64,000 nucleotides of DNA, taken from assembly GCA_016780345.1 (NCBI GenBank), contig JADHLZ010000005.1, positions 175 to 64,174 on the forward strand. The letters are read 5' to 3'. Both the position numbers and the translations under genes were made by a program. The DNA comes from Flavobacteriaceae bacterium. Its GTDB lineage: Bacteria > Bacteroidota > Bacteroidia > Flavobacteriales > Flavobacteriaceae. Positions 1-8,028 of the stretch are shown here, piece after piece. Within the stretch, counting starts at the first letter, position 1, and the number at the start of each line of letters is the position of its first letter. The notes beneath the pieces are model-generated. The model made no database searches. It was not told the DNA's origin and was given only the letters and a program-made list of their open reading frames with translations.

Positions 1-92
1 AAGGAGCTATAATTGGATCCGCTTTCATCAAATTTTTAAAAACAAATAAAATTGAAAATATTAAAAGTTTTATCGATCAAATTAGAGGATGA
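1..92 (+). CDS. C-terminal end of an unidentified CDS entering from upstream of the window
   Basis: Frame 3 is open from the window edge (..GAIIGSAFIKFLKTNKIENIKSFIDQIRG) to TGA at 90-92, abutting the convergent yaaA stop at 93-95. Too short to name. Confidence 0.3.
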   Translation, partial: GAIIGSAFIKFLKTNKIENIKSFIDQIRG

Positions 93-854
93 CTATCTTA
101 CAAAAACTAATTCATTTGAGTTAAGACTTTCTTGTTCATTGTAACAATACCCTCCATAATCAAACCCTTTTAAATCATTTTCTGAATTAATTCCATTGTC
201 AAGAATGAACCTTGTCATTAATCCTCTGGCCTTTTTTGCATAAAAAGAAATTATTTTTAATTTTCCGTTTTTATAGTCCTTAAAGATTGGAGATGTCATT
301 TTAACTTTTAAAGATTTTTTATCAATAACTGAAGAATATTCATTACTAGCTAAATTCACAAACATTTCATTTTTTTCTAGTTCATCATTTAGAAAATTGG
401 TTAACTTTTTTTTCCAAAACTCATATAAATTATTTGATTCCTCAATTTTTATTTTTGTACCCATTTCTAGTCTGTAAGGCTGTATAAGATCAAGTGGTTT
501 TAGAATTCCGTATAAACCAGAAAGAATTCTTAGAGATGATTGAGCTTTTTTAATTTTAGAATCATCTAATGAAAAAGCATCTATTCCATTGTAAACATCT
601 CCATCAAATGTAAATAAAGCTGGTCTTGAGTTAATATTAGTAAATGGTGTACTAAACTCAACATTTCTCTTCCAATTTAATTCAGCAATTTTGTCTGAAA
701 TTTTCATTAGTTCTTTTAACTGTAAGGGATTTTTCTTCTTTAGATTTTCGTTAATAATTTTAGAATCTTTCAAAAATACAGGAAATGAAAAAATACTGGT
801 TGGTAAATTCTTGTCAAAATTTAAAGATTTGGCTGGAGAAATAATTATTTTCAT
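93..854 (-). CDS. yaaA: YaaA-family peroxide stress protein (UPF0246/DUF328)
   Basis: 253 aa. N-terminus MKIIISPAKSLNF and the length are typical of the YaaA family. Confidence 0.8.
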   Translation of the reverse strand: MKIIISPAKSLNFDKNLPTSIFSFPVFLKDSKIINENLKKKNPLQLKELMKISDKIAELNWKRNVEFSTPFTNINSRPALFTFDGDVYNGIDAFSLDDSKIKKAQSSLRILSGLYGILKPLDLIQPYRLEMGTKIKIEESNNLYEFWKKKLTNFLNDELEKNEMFVNLASNEYSSVIDKKSLKVKMTSPIFKDYKNGKLKIISFYAKKARGLMTRFILDNGINSENDLKGFDYGGYCYNEQESLNSNELVFVR

Positions 855-896
855 TTATAGCTATTAAAATTTAATGTCAAATTTAAAAAATTAGAA

Positions 897-1907
897 TTAT
901 TTAGAATAATTTCTCCACTTTTCCAAACAACTTTGAAAATCTTGTGGAAGTTCAGATTCAAAATATAGTTCCTTGTTAGTTACTGGATGAATAAATCCAA
1001 GTGACTTTGCATGCAAAGCTTGTCTAGGCATTATATCGAAGCAATTTGAAACAAACTGCTTGTATTTATTAAAAATAGTTCCCTTTAAAATTTTATCACC
1101 TCCATATCTTGAGTCACTGAAAATTGGGTGTCCAATATATTTCATATGAGATCTTATTTGATGAGTTCTTCCTGTTTCCAATTCACATTCTAAAAGAGTT
1201 AAATAATTAAACCTTTCAATTACTCTATAATGTGTAATAGCTTCCTTTCCAAAATTTTCAGCTTCTTTCGTAACACTCATAATTAATCTGTTTTTTGGAT
1301 CTCTTGCCAAATTTGCATTTATTGTTCCTTTTTCATTATTTACAATTCCCCAAACCAGGGCTATATACTTTCTCTTTGATGTTTTTAGATAGAATTGTTT
1401 TGCTAAATCAGTCATTGAAGATTCATCTTTGGCAATCACTAAAAGACCACTTGTATCTTTATCTATCCTATGAACTAAACCAGGCCGTCCTTCACCATTA
1501 AATGGAAGGTTTTTAAAATGATATATTAAACCATTTAGTAATGTACCACTATAGTTTCCATGACCAGGGTGTACAACTAATCCAGCAGGTTTATTTATTA
1601 CTAATAAATTTTCATCTTCGTAAACAATATCTAAATCCATTTTTTCACCAACCAACAAATTATCGTATGGTGGGTGAGAAAACATAACTTTTATAAAATC
1701 GCCAGGCTTAACCTTATAGTTAGATTTTACTATTTTGTTATTAACATAAATAGATCCTTCTTTGACAGCATTTTGAATTTTATTTCTTGTAGCGTTCTCA
1801 ATTCTATTCATCAAATACTTATCTACTCTTAAGGGCTCTTGACCATTATCAGCTTTAAAATGATAATGTTCAAATAAGTCATTTTCAAGACTTTTATCAT
1901 CAATCAT
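897..1907 (-). CDS. rluD: RluA/RluD-family 23S rRNA pseudouridine synthase
   Basis: 336 aa. Catalytic-Asp motif HRIDKDTSGLLV, S4-like N-terminal segment, and GRTHQIR motif. Confidence 0.9.
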   Translation of the reverse strand: MIDDKSLENDLFEHYHFKADNGQEPLRVDKYLMNRIENATRNKIQNAVKEGSIYVNNKIVKSNYKVKPGDFIKVMFSHPPYDNLLVGEKMDLDIVYEDENLLVINKPAGLVVHPGHGNYSGTLLNGLIYHFKNLPFNGEGRPGLVHRIDKDTSGLLVIAKDESSMTDLAKQFYLKTSKRKYIALVWGIVNNEKGTINANLARDPKNRLIMSVTKEAENFGKEAITHYRVIERFNYLTLLECELETGRTHQIRSHMKYIGHPIFSDSRYGGDKILKGTIFNKYKQFVSNCFDIMPRQALHAKSLGFIHPVTNKELYFESELPQDFQSCLEKWRNYSK

Positions 1908-2491
1908 TGATTATTTTCTAAAATTTGACCATTTCCTAAAACTAAATCTATTTTAGATTTTTTTGGTACCAAATCACCCTCATTTAACTCCTTACCACTT
2001 AAAAAAATTTTTAGAACCATATCTTTTCCAATATTATCTTCATAAGTAATTTCTCCAATTTCTAAATTCGAAGCTAATAAAGCAGAAGTCGCACTTCTCT
2101 GAGTAATTTGAATAATTTTTGGAATCGATACTTTTCCATAATTGCTAGGGTTTAATGTCAAATAAATTTTTCTGTTTTTCTTAACCTCAGAATTTGATTT
2201 AGGAATCTGGTCAAGAATGGAAAATTTTGAAAAATTAGGATTGTATAATGCTGAGTCTATGACAACATAATTTAATTTTTTTTCTTCCAAAATTTGTATT
2301 GCATCTTCAAATTTAATTCCTATTAGGTAAGGTACTTTAATGTAATTATTGTGATTAGTTGAAATTTTTAAGTAAAAAAATAAAATAATTAATAAAAAAG
2401 AAACTATTGCAAATGATTTAATCAATTGTTTAAAAAAAAACTTACTTATTAAATACTTTAATAAATTCATATAAGTTACAACAACCATCAA
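1904..2491 (-). CDS. Membrane-anchored PASTA-domain-like protein
   Basis: 195 aa with one N-terminal TM helix. ATGA-type overlap with rluD. This position upstream of rluD is typical of flavobacterial PASTA-domain proteins. The real start may be an internal Met (MNLLKY..). Confidence 0.55.
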   Translation of the reverse strand: MMVVVTYMNLLKYLISKFFFKQLIKSFAIVSFLLIILFFYLKISTNHNNYIKVPYLIGIKFEDAIQILEEKKLNYVVIDSALYNPNFSKFSILDQIPKSNSEVKKNRKIYLTLNPSNYGKVSIPKIIQITQRSATSALLASNLEIGEITYEDNIGKDMVLKIFLSGKELNEGDLVPKKSKIDLVLGNGQILENNQ

Positions 2492-2538
2492 AGATATAAA
2501 ATAAGCTTACTATTATAATTTTTAAAAAAAATAAATGA

Positions 2539-2546
2539 TATTTTTG
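2539..2546 (+). promoter_or_regulatory. Bacteroidota -7 promoter box TATTTTTG (TAnnTTTG), 5 nt upstream of the ddl ATG
   Basis: Exact match to the TAnnTTTG consensus in a spacer, in the correct orientation. The spacing implies a leaderless or near-leaderless mRNA. Confidence 0.35.
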
Positions 2547-2551
2547 TTTTT

Positions 2552-3526
2552 ATGAAAAAGAATGTAGCAGTAATGATGGGTGGATACTCCTCAGAAAAAA
2601 ACATCTCTATTAAAAGTGGTGAAGTTATTTTTAATAATATTGATAAATCTAAATTTAATCCGTTCAAAATAATAGTTGAAAGCAACGGTTGGTTTTGTAT
2701 TGGTGATAATAATTTCAAACACAAAGTATCTCTCGATGATTTTTCTGTTACTATAAGTAATATAAAAATATATTTTGATGTTGCTTTTATTATAATCCAT
2801 GGTTCACCAGGAGAAGATGGCTTAATTCAATCCTATTTTAAAATGAAAAACATTCCATTTACTGGAAGTGATCATCACGCGTCGTCTCTTTCATTTAATA
2901 AAAGAGATTGTATATCTGTCCTAAATAAACATAATATACCATCGGCTAAGTCAGTACATATAAACTCTGATGAAAATTATTCGACAGAAAAAATTATTGA
3001 AAAATTAAATCTTCCATGTTTTGTAAAGGCTAATAGGTCTGGTAGTAGTTTTGGAGTTTTTAAAGCCAAAACAAAAGAAGATCTTGATCAATATATCAAT
3101 GATGCATTTAAATTCGATAGTGAAATTTTAGTTGAATCTTTTTTAGACGGAGTTGAAGTTTCTGTTGGTGTCATGAATTTTAGAAACAAAATTCAGGTTT
3201 TTGGAATAACTGAACTTGTTACTAAAAATGAGTTTTTTGATTATGATGCAAAGTATAATGGAAAATCAGAAGAATTTACTCCTGCCAGGATTTCTGAAAA
3301 TCAAAAAAAATTAGTTTCAGAATTATCATTAAAAGTTTATAAAAAGTTAGGAATGAAAGGATTCACAAGAAGTGAATTTATTTTAATTGATAATAATGCA
3401 TATTTTCTTGAAATTAATTCCATTCCTGGTATGACAAATGAGAGTATTTTTCCAAAACAAGCTAAATTACTTGGAATTTCAATTGAAGAACTTTGCAGTG
3501 ACATGCTAAACAACGCATTAAAATAA
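2552..3526 (+). CDS. ddl: D-alanine--D-alanine ligase
   Basis: 324 aa ATP-grasp protein with MGGYSSE, HGSPGEDG and LEINSIPGMT motifs. Confidence 0.92.
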   Translation: MKKNVAVMMGGYSSEKNISIKSGEVIFNNIDKSKFNPFKIIVESNGWFCIGDNNFKHKVSLDDFSVTISNIKIYFDVAFIIIHGSPGEDGLIQSYFKMKNIPFTGSDHHASSLSFNKRDCISVLNKHNIPSAKSVHINSDENYSTEKIIEKLNLPCFVKANRSGSSFGVFKAKTKEDLDQYINDAFKFDSEILVESFLDGVEVSVGVMNFRNKIQVFGITELVTKNEFFDYDAKYNGKSEEFTPARISENQKKLVSELSLKVYKKLGMKGFTRSEFILIDNNAYFLEINSIPGMTNESIFPKQAKLLGISIEELCSDMLNNALK

Positions 3527-3538
3527 TATATATAATTT

Positions 3539-3994
3539 ATGAGAAAAGCAATTTTTCCTGGCACTTTTGATCCATTAACCTTAGGTCACTTTGATATATT
3601 AAAAAGAAGCCTTCCTCTTTTTGATGAAATTGTTGTTGGAATTGGAAATAATATTGAAAAAAAAACAATGTTTTCAATAGCTGAAAGAATTTCATTTATT
3701 GAAAAGTGTTTTATTGATGAACCAAAAATAAGTGTTAAAAGTTATTATGGTTTAACAATTGACTTTTGCAAAGAAATTAATGCCAATTTCATATTAAGAG
3801 GTATTAGAAATAATGGTGATTTTGAATTTGAAAAAGCTATAGCTAGAACAAACAGGAAACTATCCAAAATTGAAACAGTATTTTTGCTAACCTCAGCTAA
3901 TACATCGTTCATAAGTAGTAGTATTGTTAGAGATTTAATAATAAATAAAGGAGATTATCATTTACTTGTTCCCAATTCTGTTAAAGTAGATTAA
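3539..3994 (+). CDS. coaD: Phosphopantetheine adenylyltransferase
   Basis: 151 aa. N-terminal FPGTFDPLTLGH nucleotidyltransferase motif and ISSSIVR motif. Confidence 0.93.
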   Translation: MRKAIFPGTFDPLTLGHFDILKRSLPLFDEIVVGIGNNIEKKTMFSIAERISFIEKCFIDEPKISVKSYYGLTIDFCKEINANFILRGIRNNGDFEFEKAIARTNRKLSKIETVFLLTSANTSFISSSIVRDLIINKGDYHLLVPNSVKVD

Positions 3995-4569
3995 TTATCA
4001 AACAATAATTTGATATTTTGAAAAGTATTGGTAATATTTTCAATTTTATTTCTTCCTTTCCACTCAACTTTAGAAATTCCCTCACTTAACTCAGGCTTAA
4101 ATTCACCTTCAAAATTTGATCTCATGTTATACCAATGCGTCTCTTTTAGTCTATATTCCTTGTCTTTTTTAAAAATGTGAAAAGTAATTTGCTTAAAATC
4201 TGTAATTTCTAAATTAGAAATCCCTGTTTCTTCCTTAACTTCTCTTAACGCAGTTTGATCAATAGTTTCTCCCTTATCCTTTTTGCCCTTCGGAAGATCC
4301 CATTTATTTCTTCTATAAATAAATAGTACTTCATCTTTATTATTCTTCACTATTCCGCCTCCTGCCTTGACAACTTTAATCTTTTTTTTGAAAGCAGAAA
4401 TTAATTTATCATGATTTTTATGAAATAAGTAAATTTTATGATATTTTTTTAAAAGCTTTAAAATTTTTTCTATTGAAGTTTTTTTTAAATCGTAAATATT
4501 TATTTTATTTCCAAACGGAATTTTACTTGTCAAAATAATTAAATCTTTGTTGACAAAAACTTTATACAT
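3991..4569 (-). CDS. NUDIX hydrolase
   Basis: 192 aa with Nudix box GKKDKGETIDQTALREVKEETG. Confidence 0.85.
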   Translation of the reverse strand: MYKVFVNKDLIILTSKIPFGNKINIYDLKKTSIEKILKLLKKYHKIYLFHKNHDKLISAFKKKIKVVKAGGGIVKNNKDEVLFIYRRNKWDLPKGKKDKGETIDQTALREVKEETGISNLEITDFKQITFHIFKKDKEYRLKETHWYNMRSNFEGEFKPELSEGISKVEWKGRNKIENITNTFQNIKLLFDN

Positions 4570-4572
4570 TTG
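4565..4572 (+). promoter_or_regulatory. -7 promoter box TACATTTG, 4 nt upstream of the pyrE ATG at 4577
   Basis: Exact TAnnTTTG match. It lies inside the longer 4547 ORF extension, which supports 4577 as the true start. Confidence 0.4.
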
Positions 4573-4576
4573 CTTA

Positions 4577-5218
4577 ATGGTTTTAGATAAATATACAGCA
4601 AAAAAAACAGCCGAATTACTTCTACAAATTAAAGCAATAAATTTAAGTCCAAAAAATCCTTTTAAATGGGCTAGTGGATGGAATTCACCTATATATTGTG
4701 ATAATAGGATAATTTTATCTTACCCAAGCATTAGAATTTTTGTTAGAGAACAAATGGTTAAACAAATTGAAGAACTATATGGTAAGCCTGATGTTATTGC
4801 TGGAGTTGCAACTGGTGCTATTGGAATAGGCATGCTGGTTGCTGATCTTATGAATCTTCCTTTCATTTACGTACGACCGAGTTCTAAAAAACATGGAAGA
4901 AAAAATCAGATTGAAGGTCAATTTTCTAAATCTCAAAAAGTTGTAGTTATCGAGGATTTAATAAGTACAGGAAATAGTAGTTTAATGGCAATTGATGCTC
5001 TAAGATCTGAAGAACTTGAAATTAAAGGCATGATAAGTATTTTTACATACGGATTCGATGTTTCTTATAATAATTTTAGAGATAAAAAAGTAGATTTCCA
5101 TTCACTTAGTTCCTATGATTACTTACTAGAACAAGCTCTTGACATTAAATACATTAGTGATGATGAATTTAAAATTTTAAAAAACTGGAAAAAAAATCCA
5201 AATAAATGGTCAATTTAA
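4577..5218 (+). CDS. pyrE: Orotate phosphoribosyltransferase
   Basis: PRPP-binding motif VVVIEDLISTG. MVLDKYTAKKTAELLLQIKAI matches the usual OPRTase N-terminus, so I chose the ATG at 4577 over the 4547 ORF start. Confidence 0.9.
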   Translation: MVLDKYTAKKTAELLLQIKAINLSPKNPFKWASGWNSPIYCDNRIILSYPSIRIFVREQMVKQIEELYGKPDVIAGVATGAIGIGMLVADLMNLPFIYVRPSSKKHGRKNQIEGQFSKSQKVVVIEDLISTGNSSLMAIDALRSEELEIKGMISIFTYGFDVSYNNFRDKKVDFHSLSSYDYLLEQALDIKYISDDEFKILKNWKKNPNKWSI

Positions 5219-5227
5219 ATTCAATAA

Positions 5228-5626
5228 ATGAAACTAAATAGTAATTCTACTCATTTAAATATTTCAGATACAACATTATTTGAAAAGTTATGCGTAATTG
5301 AAAATTTTAAGCTAATCATGCCTGAAAACATTTCAAAATTTGAAATTTTAAATCAAAGTACATTAATTTTTTCTCTGAAAGGAATGCCCTCAATAAAATT
5401 AATTTTTGGAGAAAAACAATCTCCTTCACTAATAACACTAAATTCTAGTGAATCTAAAATTAACTTTTCATTAACTGCACATATTAAAAAAAGTGATGAT
5501 AATAGTTGTGAGTTTTCTCTTGAATTCAACGGTAATTTAAATCCAATGATTCAAATGATGGTTAAAACTCCTCTTCAGTCTTTCATTAATGACTTGTCTA
5601 AAAACACATCAAAATTAACTTTATGA
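5228..5626 (+). CDS. Hypothetical protein, possibly SRPBCC/CoxG-like fold
   Basis: 132 aa with no catalytic motif I recognise. ATGA overlap with the downstream SDR gene. The fold suggestion rests only on size, context and the C-terminal NPMIQMMVKTPLQSFINDL string. Confidence 0.35.
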   Translation: MKLNSNSTHLNISDTTLFEKLCVIENFKLIMPENISKFEILNQSTLIFSLKGMPSIKLIFGEKQSPSLITLNSSESKINFSLTAHIKKSDDNSCEFSLEFNGNLNPMIQMMVKTPLQSFINDLSKNTSKLTL

Positions 5627-6426
5627 GCGGCTTTGCATTGGTTACTGGAGCAAGCTCAGGAATTGGTCTTGAAATATGTAAAAGTTTAGCAAAAAGAGGT
5701 GTTAATATAATTTTAACCTCACGATCCGAAAATAAACTGAAAAGAATATCCGAAGAAATTAACTCAAAATACCAGGTTAAAACCGCATATTATGCCTGTG
5801 ATTTAGCTGACAATAATGGACCGCAAAAAATTTACGATTACTGCGAATCAAAAAATTTTAAAGTTGAAATTTTAGTTAACAACGCAGGATATGCTCTGCC
5901 AAACTCATTTGAAGAAAATTCAGTAGAGGATGAAGAAAAATGTATTAAAGTACTTGGTACATCTGTAATCTCATTGACAAAATTATTTTTAAGAAAAATG
6001 TTAAAAAATGGAGGAGGAAAAATAATGATTGTTTCATCTGTTGCAGCATTCGCTCCTCCTGCTGCTATTCAGGTATTATATGGGCCAGTGAAAACTTTCA
6101 TGAACAGATTTAATGATGCATTAAATATTAACTACAATAAAAAAGGAGTTACTTCTACTGCGTTATGTCCTGGATATACAGTCACTAATTTTCACACAGC
6201 AAGTGGTGTTCAAGATGAAATGGATAGTGTACCTGGATTTTTAAAAAAATCTGCCTCGAGAATTGCTGAGGAAGGAGTCAAAGGAATGTTTAAAGGTAAA
6301 AAAGTAGTTGTTCCTACGATGACTTGGAAAATAATAGTATTTTTGATTAAACTAGTCCCTAAATTTATTTTTGATTTTCTTTCTGGAATATTAGCACCTG
6401 GAAGATATGAAAATTTAAAAAATTGA
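5623..6426 (+). CDS. Short-chain dehydrogenase/reductase (SDR) family oxidoreductase
   Basis: 267 aa with TGASSGIG cofactor motif, NNAG, and catalytic YGPVK (YxxxK). Confidence 0.88.
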   Translation: MSGFALVTGASSGIGLEICKSLAKRGVNIILTSRSENKLKRISEEINSKYQVKTAYYACDLADNNGPQKIYDYCESKNFKVEILVNNAGYALPNSFEENSVEDEEKCIKVLGTSVISLTKLFLRKMLKNGGGKIMIVSSVAAFAPPAAIQVLYGPVKTFMNRFNDALNINYNKKGVTSTALCPGYTVTNFHTASGVQDEMDSVPGFLKKSASRIAEEGVKGMFKGKKVVVPTMTWKIIVFLIKLVPKFIFDFLSGILAPGRYENLKN

Positions 6427-6864
6427 TATTCCCCAAATTGTTAAAATAGCCCATAAAATATACTTTACTAACTTTCCTGAAAGCATCCATACCGACACTT
6501 TAAGGAAATTAACTCTAAAAAATCCCAAACTTATAGCAAGCGGATCGCCTATAATTGGAAGGCTACAAAAAAAGGCGCCAACACTCCCCCATTTATCAAT
6601 TTTTGATTTAAAACTTAGTATTTTTTCTTTTTTAATTCTAAAATATTTTTCTACAAAACTCCACTTTCCTAAAGTGCCTAAAAAATAGCTACTTAATCCT
6701 CCTAGCCAATTTCCAATTGTTGCTATTATAATACTTAAATTAAAGTCGTATCCCTTTAATAAAAGAACACTTAACACTATTTCTGAACTAAGTGGGATAA
6801 TTGTAGCACCCAAGAAACTTGATAAAAACAAACCCAAAAAACCCCAATCTGCAAAAGACTCCAT
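6415..6864 (-). CDS. YqaA/DedA-type small membrane protein
   Basis: 149 aa with about 4 TM segments. The N-terminal GLFLSSFLGATIIPLSSE string is typical of the YqaA family. Confidence 0.65.
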   Translation of the reverse strand: MESFADWGFLGLFLSSFLGATIIPLSSEIVLSVLLLKGYDFNLSIIIATIGNWLGGLSSYFLGTLGKWSFVEKYFRIKKEKILSFKSKIDKWGSVGAFFCSLPIIGDPLAISLGFFRVNFLKVSVWMLSGKLVKYILWAILTIWGISIF

Positions 6865-6866
6865 AT

Positions 6867-7595
6867 TTAATACATCATTTTAATTTCATCAAAATTATAA
6901 TTCTGAACTTTACCATTTTTATTTAAAATGTTTATAGTTCCATCCGAAAAAACAGATTTAATTTTTCCAATAAATTCAGAATTATTGAACCTAAAAAGTG
7001 AATCAAAATTGAATCTATATAAATTTTGATTGAAATATTCAAGAATTTTATCAAAACCTGAATTTAAATTTAATAATTTATTTAAATAGTTGTGTCTTGT
7101 TAAGTTTTGTATAAATAAATTAGAAATTCCATCCAGTTCATAATTTAAATTTGAAATTAATTTTAATGATGATGCATAAGGGAGTCCACTAAATTTTTCT
7201 TGATTTACATTTAATCCAAAACCAATGATAATATTTTCAATTTGATTACCCTTTACTTTAAATTCAATTAAAATTCCACAAATTTTTTTATTTCCTGACA
7301 TAATGTCGTTAGGTAATTTTATTTTGATGTCAGGAATATTTAGTGATTTTAAAGTGTTAAAAATAAAAACTGAAAATATTACATTTACTTTGAATTGATC
7401 TTTTACATTTAAATTTTTTGGAAATATTTTAATGGAAAAAGCCAAATTCTTTCCTGGTTCACTGACCCATTTATTACCACGCTGACCTTTTCCTTTGAGT
7501 TGATTATATGTATATACAACTTGAGTGCTATAGAAATCAGCACTTTTTAAATAATCATTAGTGGATTCAATGGCATCAAGTTTGATTACAATCAT
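6867..7595 (-). CDS. birA: Biotin--[acetyl-CoA-carboxylase] ligase
   Basis: 242 aa with GKGQRGNKW (GRGRxGRxW-type) biotin-binding motif. No N-terminal HTH, so group I. Confidence 0.8.
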   Translation of the reverse strand: MIVIKLDAIESTNDYLKSADFYSTQVVYTYNQLKGKGQRGNKWVSEPGKNLAFSIKIFPKNLNVKDQFKVNVIFSVFIFNTLKSLNIPDIKIKLPNDIMSGNKKICGILIEFKVKGNQIENIIIGFGLNVNQEKFSGLPYASSLKLISNLNYELDGISNLFIQNLTRHNYLNKLLNLNSGFDKILEYFNQNLYRFNFDSLFRFNNSEFIGKIKSVFSDGTINILNKNGKVQNYNFDEIKMMY

Positions 7596-7670
7596 TTATA
7601 AATTTAAATTTTTAATAAAACTAAATTAGTAACATTAATTATCCTAAATTTATATTTAAATAAATAAAAT

Positions 7671-8027
7671 TTGAGTACTGATAATTTAATTTCTAATGTT
7701 ATTGAAGGAATTGAAAATGTTAAAGGAGAAGAAATTAACATTTTAGACTTAAGATCGATTGAGAATGTTGCATGTAAATATTTTATAATATGTTCAGGAA
7801 ACTCTACCACTCAAGTTAATGCCATTACGAGTTCAGTAAGAAAATTTGTAAGTAAAGAATTATCAGAAAAACCATGGCATATTGAAGGACTTGAAAATTG
7901 CAAATGGGTTTTAATTGATTATGTAGATGTTGTGGTACATGTATTCAATAAAGAAACAAGAAAGTTTTATAAATTAGAGGAATTATGGGAAGAAGCAGAG
8001 TCTACCCAAATTGAAACAAAATATTAA
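7671..8027 (+). CDS. rsfS: Ribosome silencing factor RsfS
   Basis: 118 aa with a TTG start. Strings ILDLR..CKYFIICSG.S..Q and WVLIDYVDVVVHVF are typical of RsfS/IojAP. Confidence 0.85.
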   Translation: MSTDNLISNVIEGIENVKGEEINILDLRSIENVACKYFIICSGNSTTQVNAITSSVRKFVSKELSEKPWHIEGLENCKWVLIDYVDVVVHVFNKETRKFYKLEELWEEAESTQIETKY

Positions 8028-8028
8028 A

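Noticed and set aside
4547-4576. Ten-codon upstream extension of pyrE overlapping the NUDIX gene start
   Set aside because: The OPRTase N-terminus matches from the ATG at 4577, and a consensus -7 box (4565-4572) sits within the extension.
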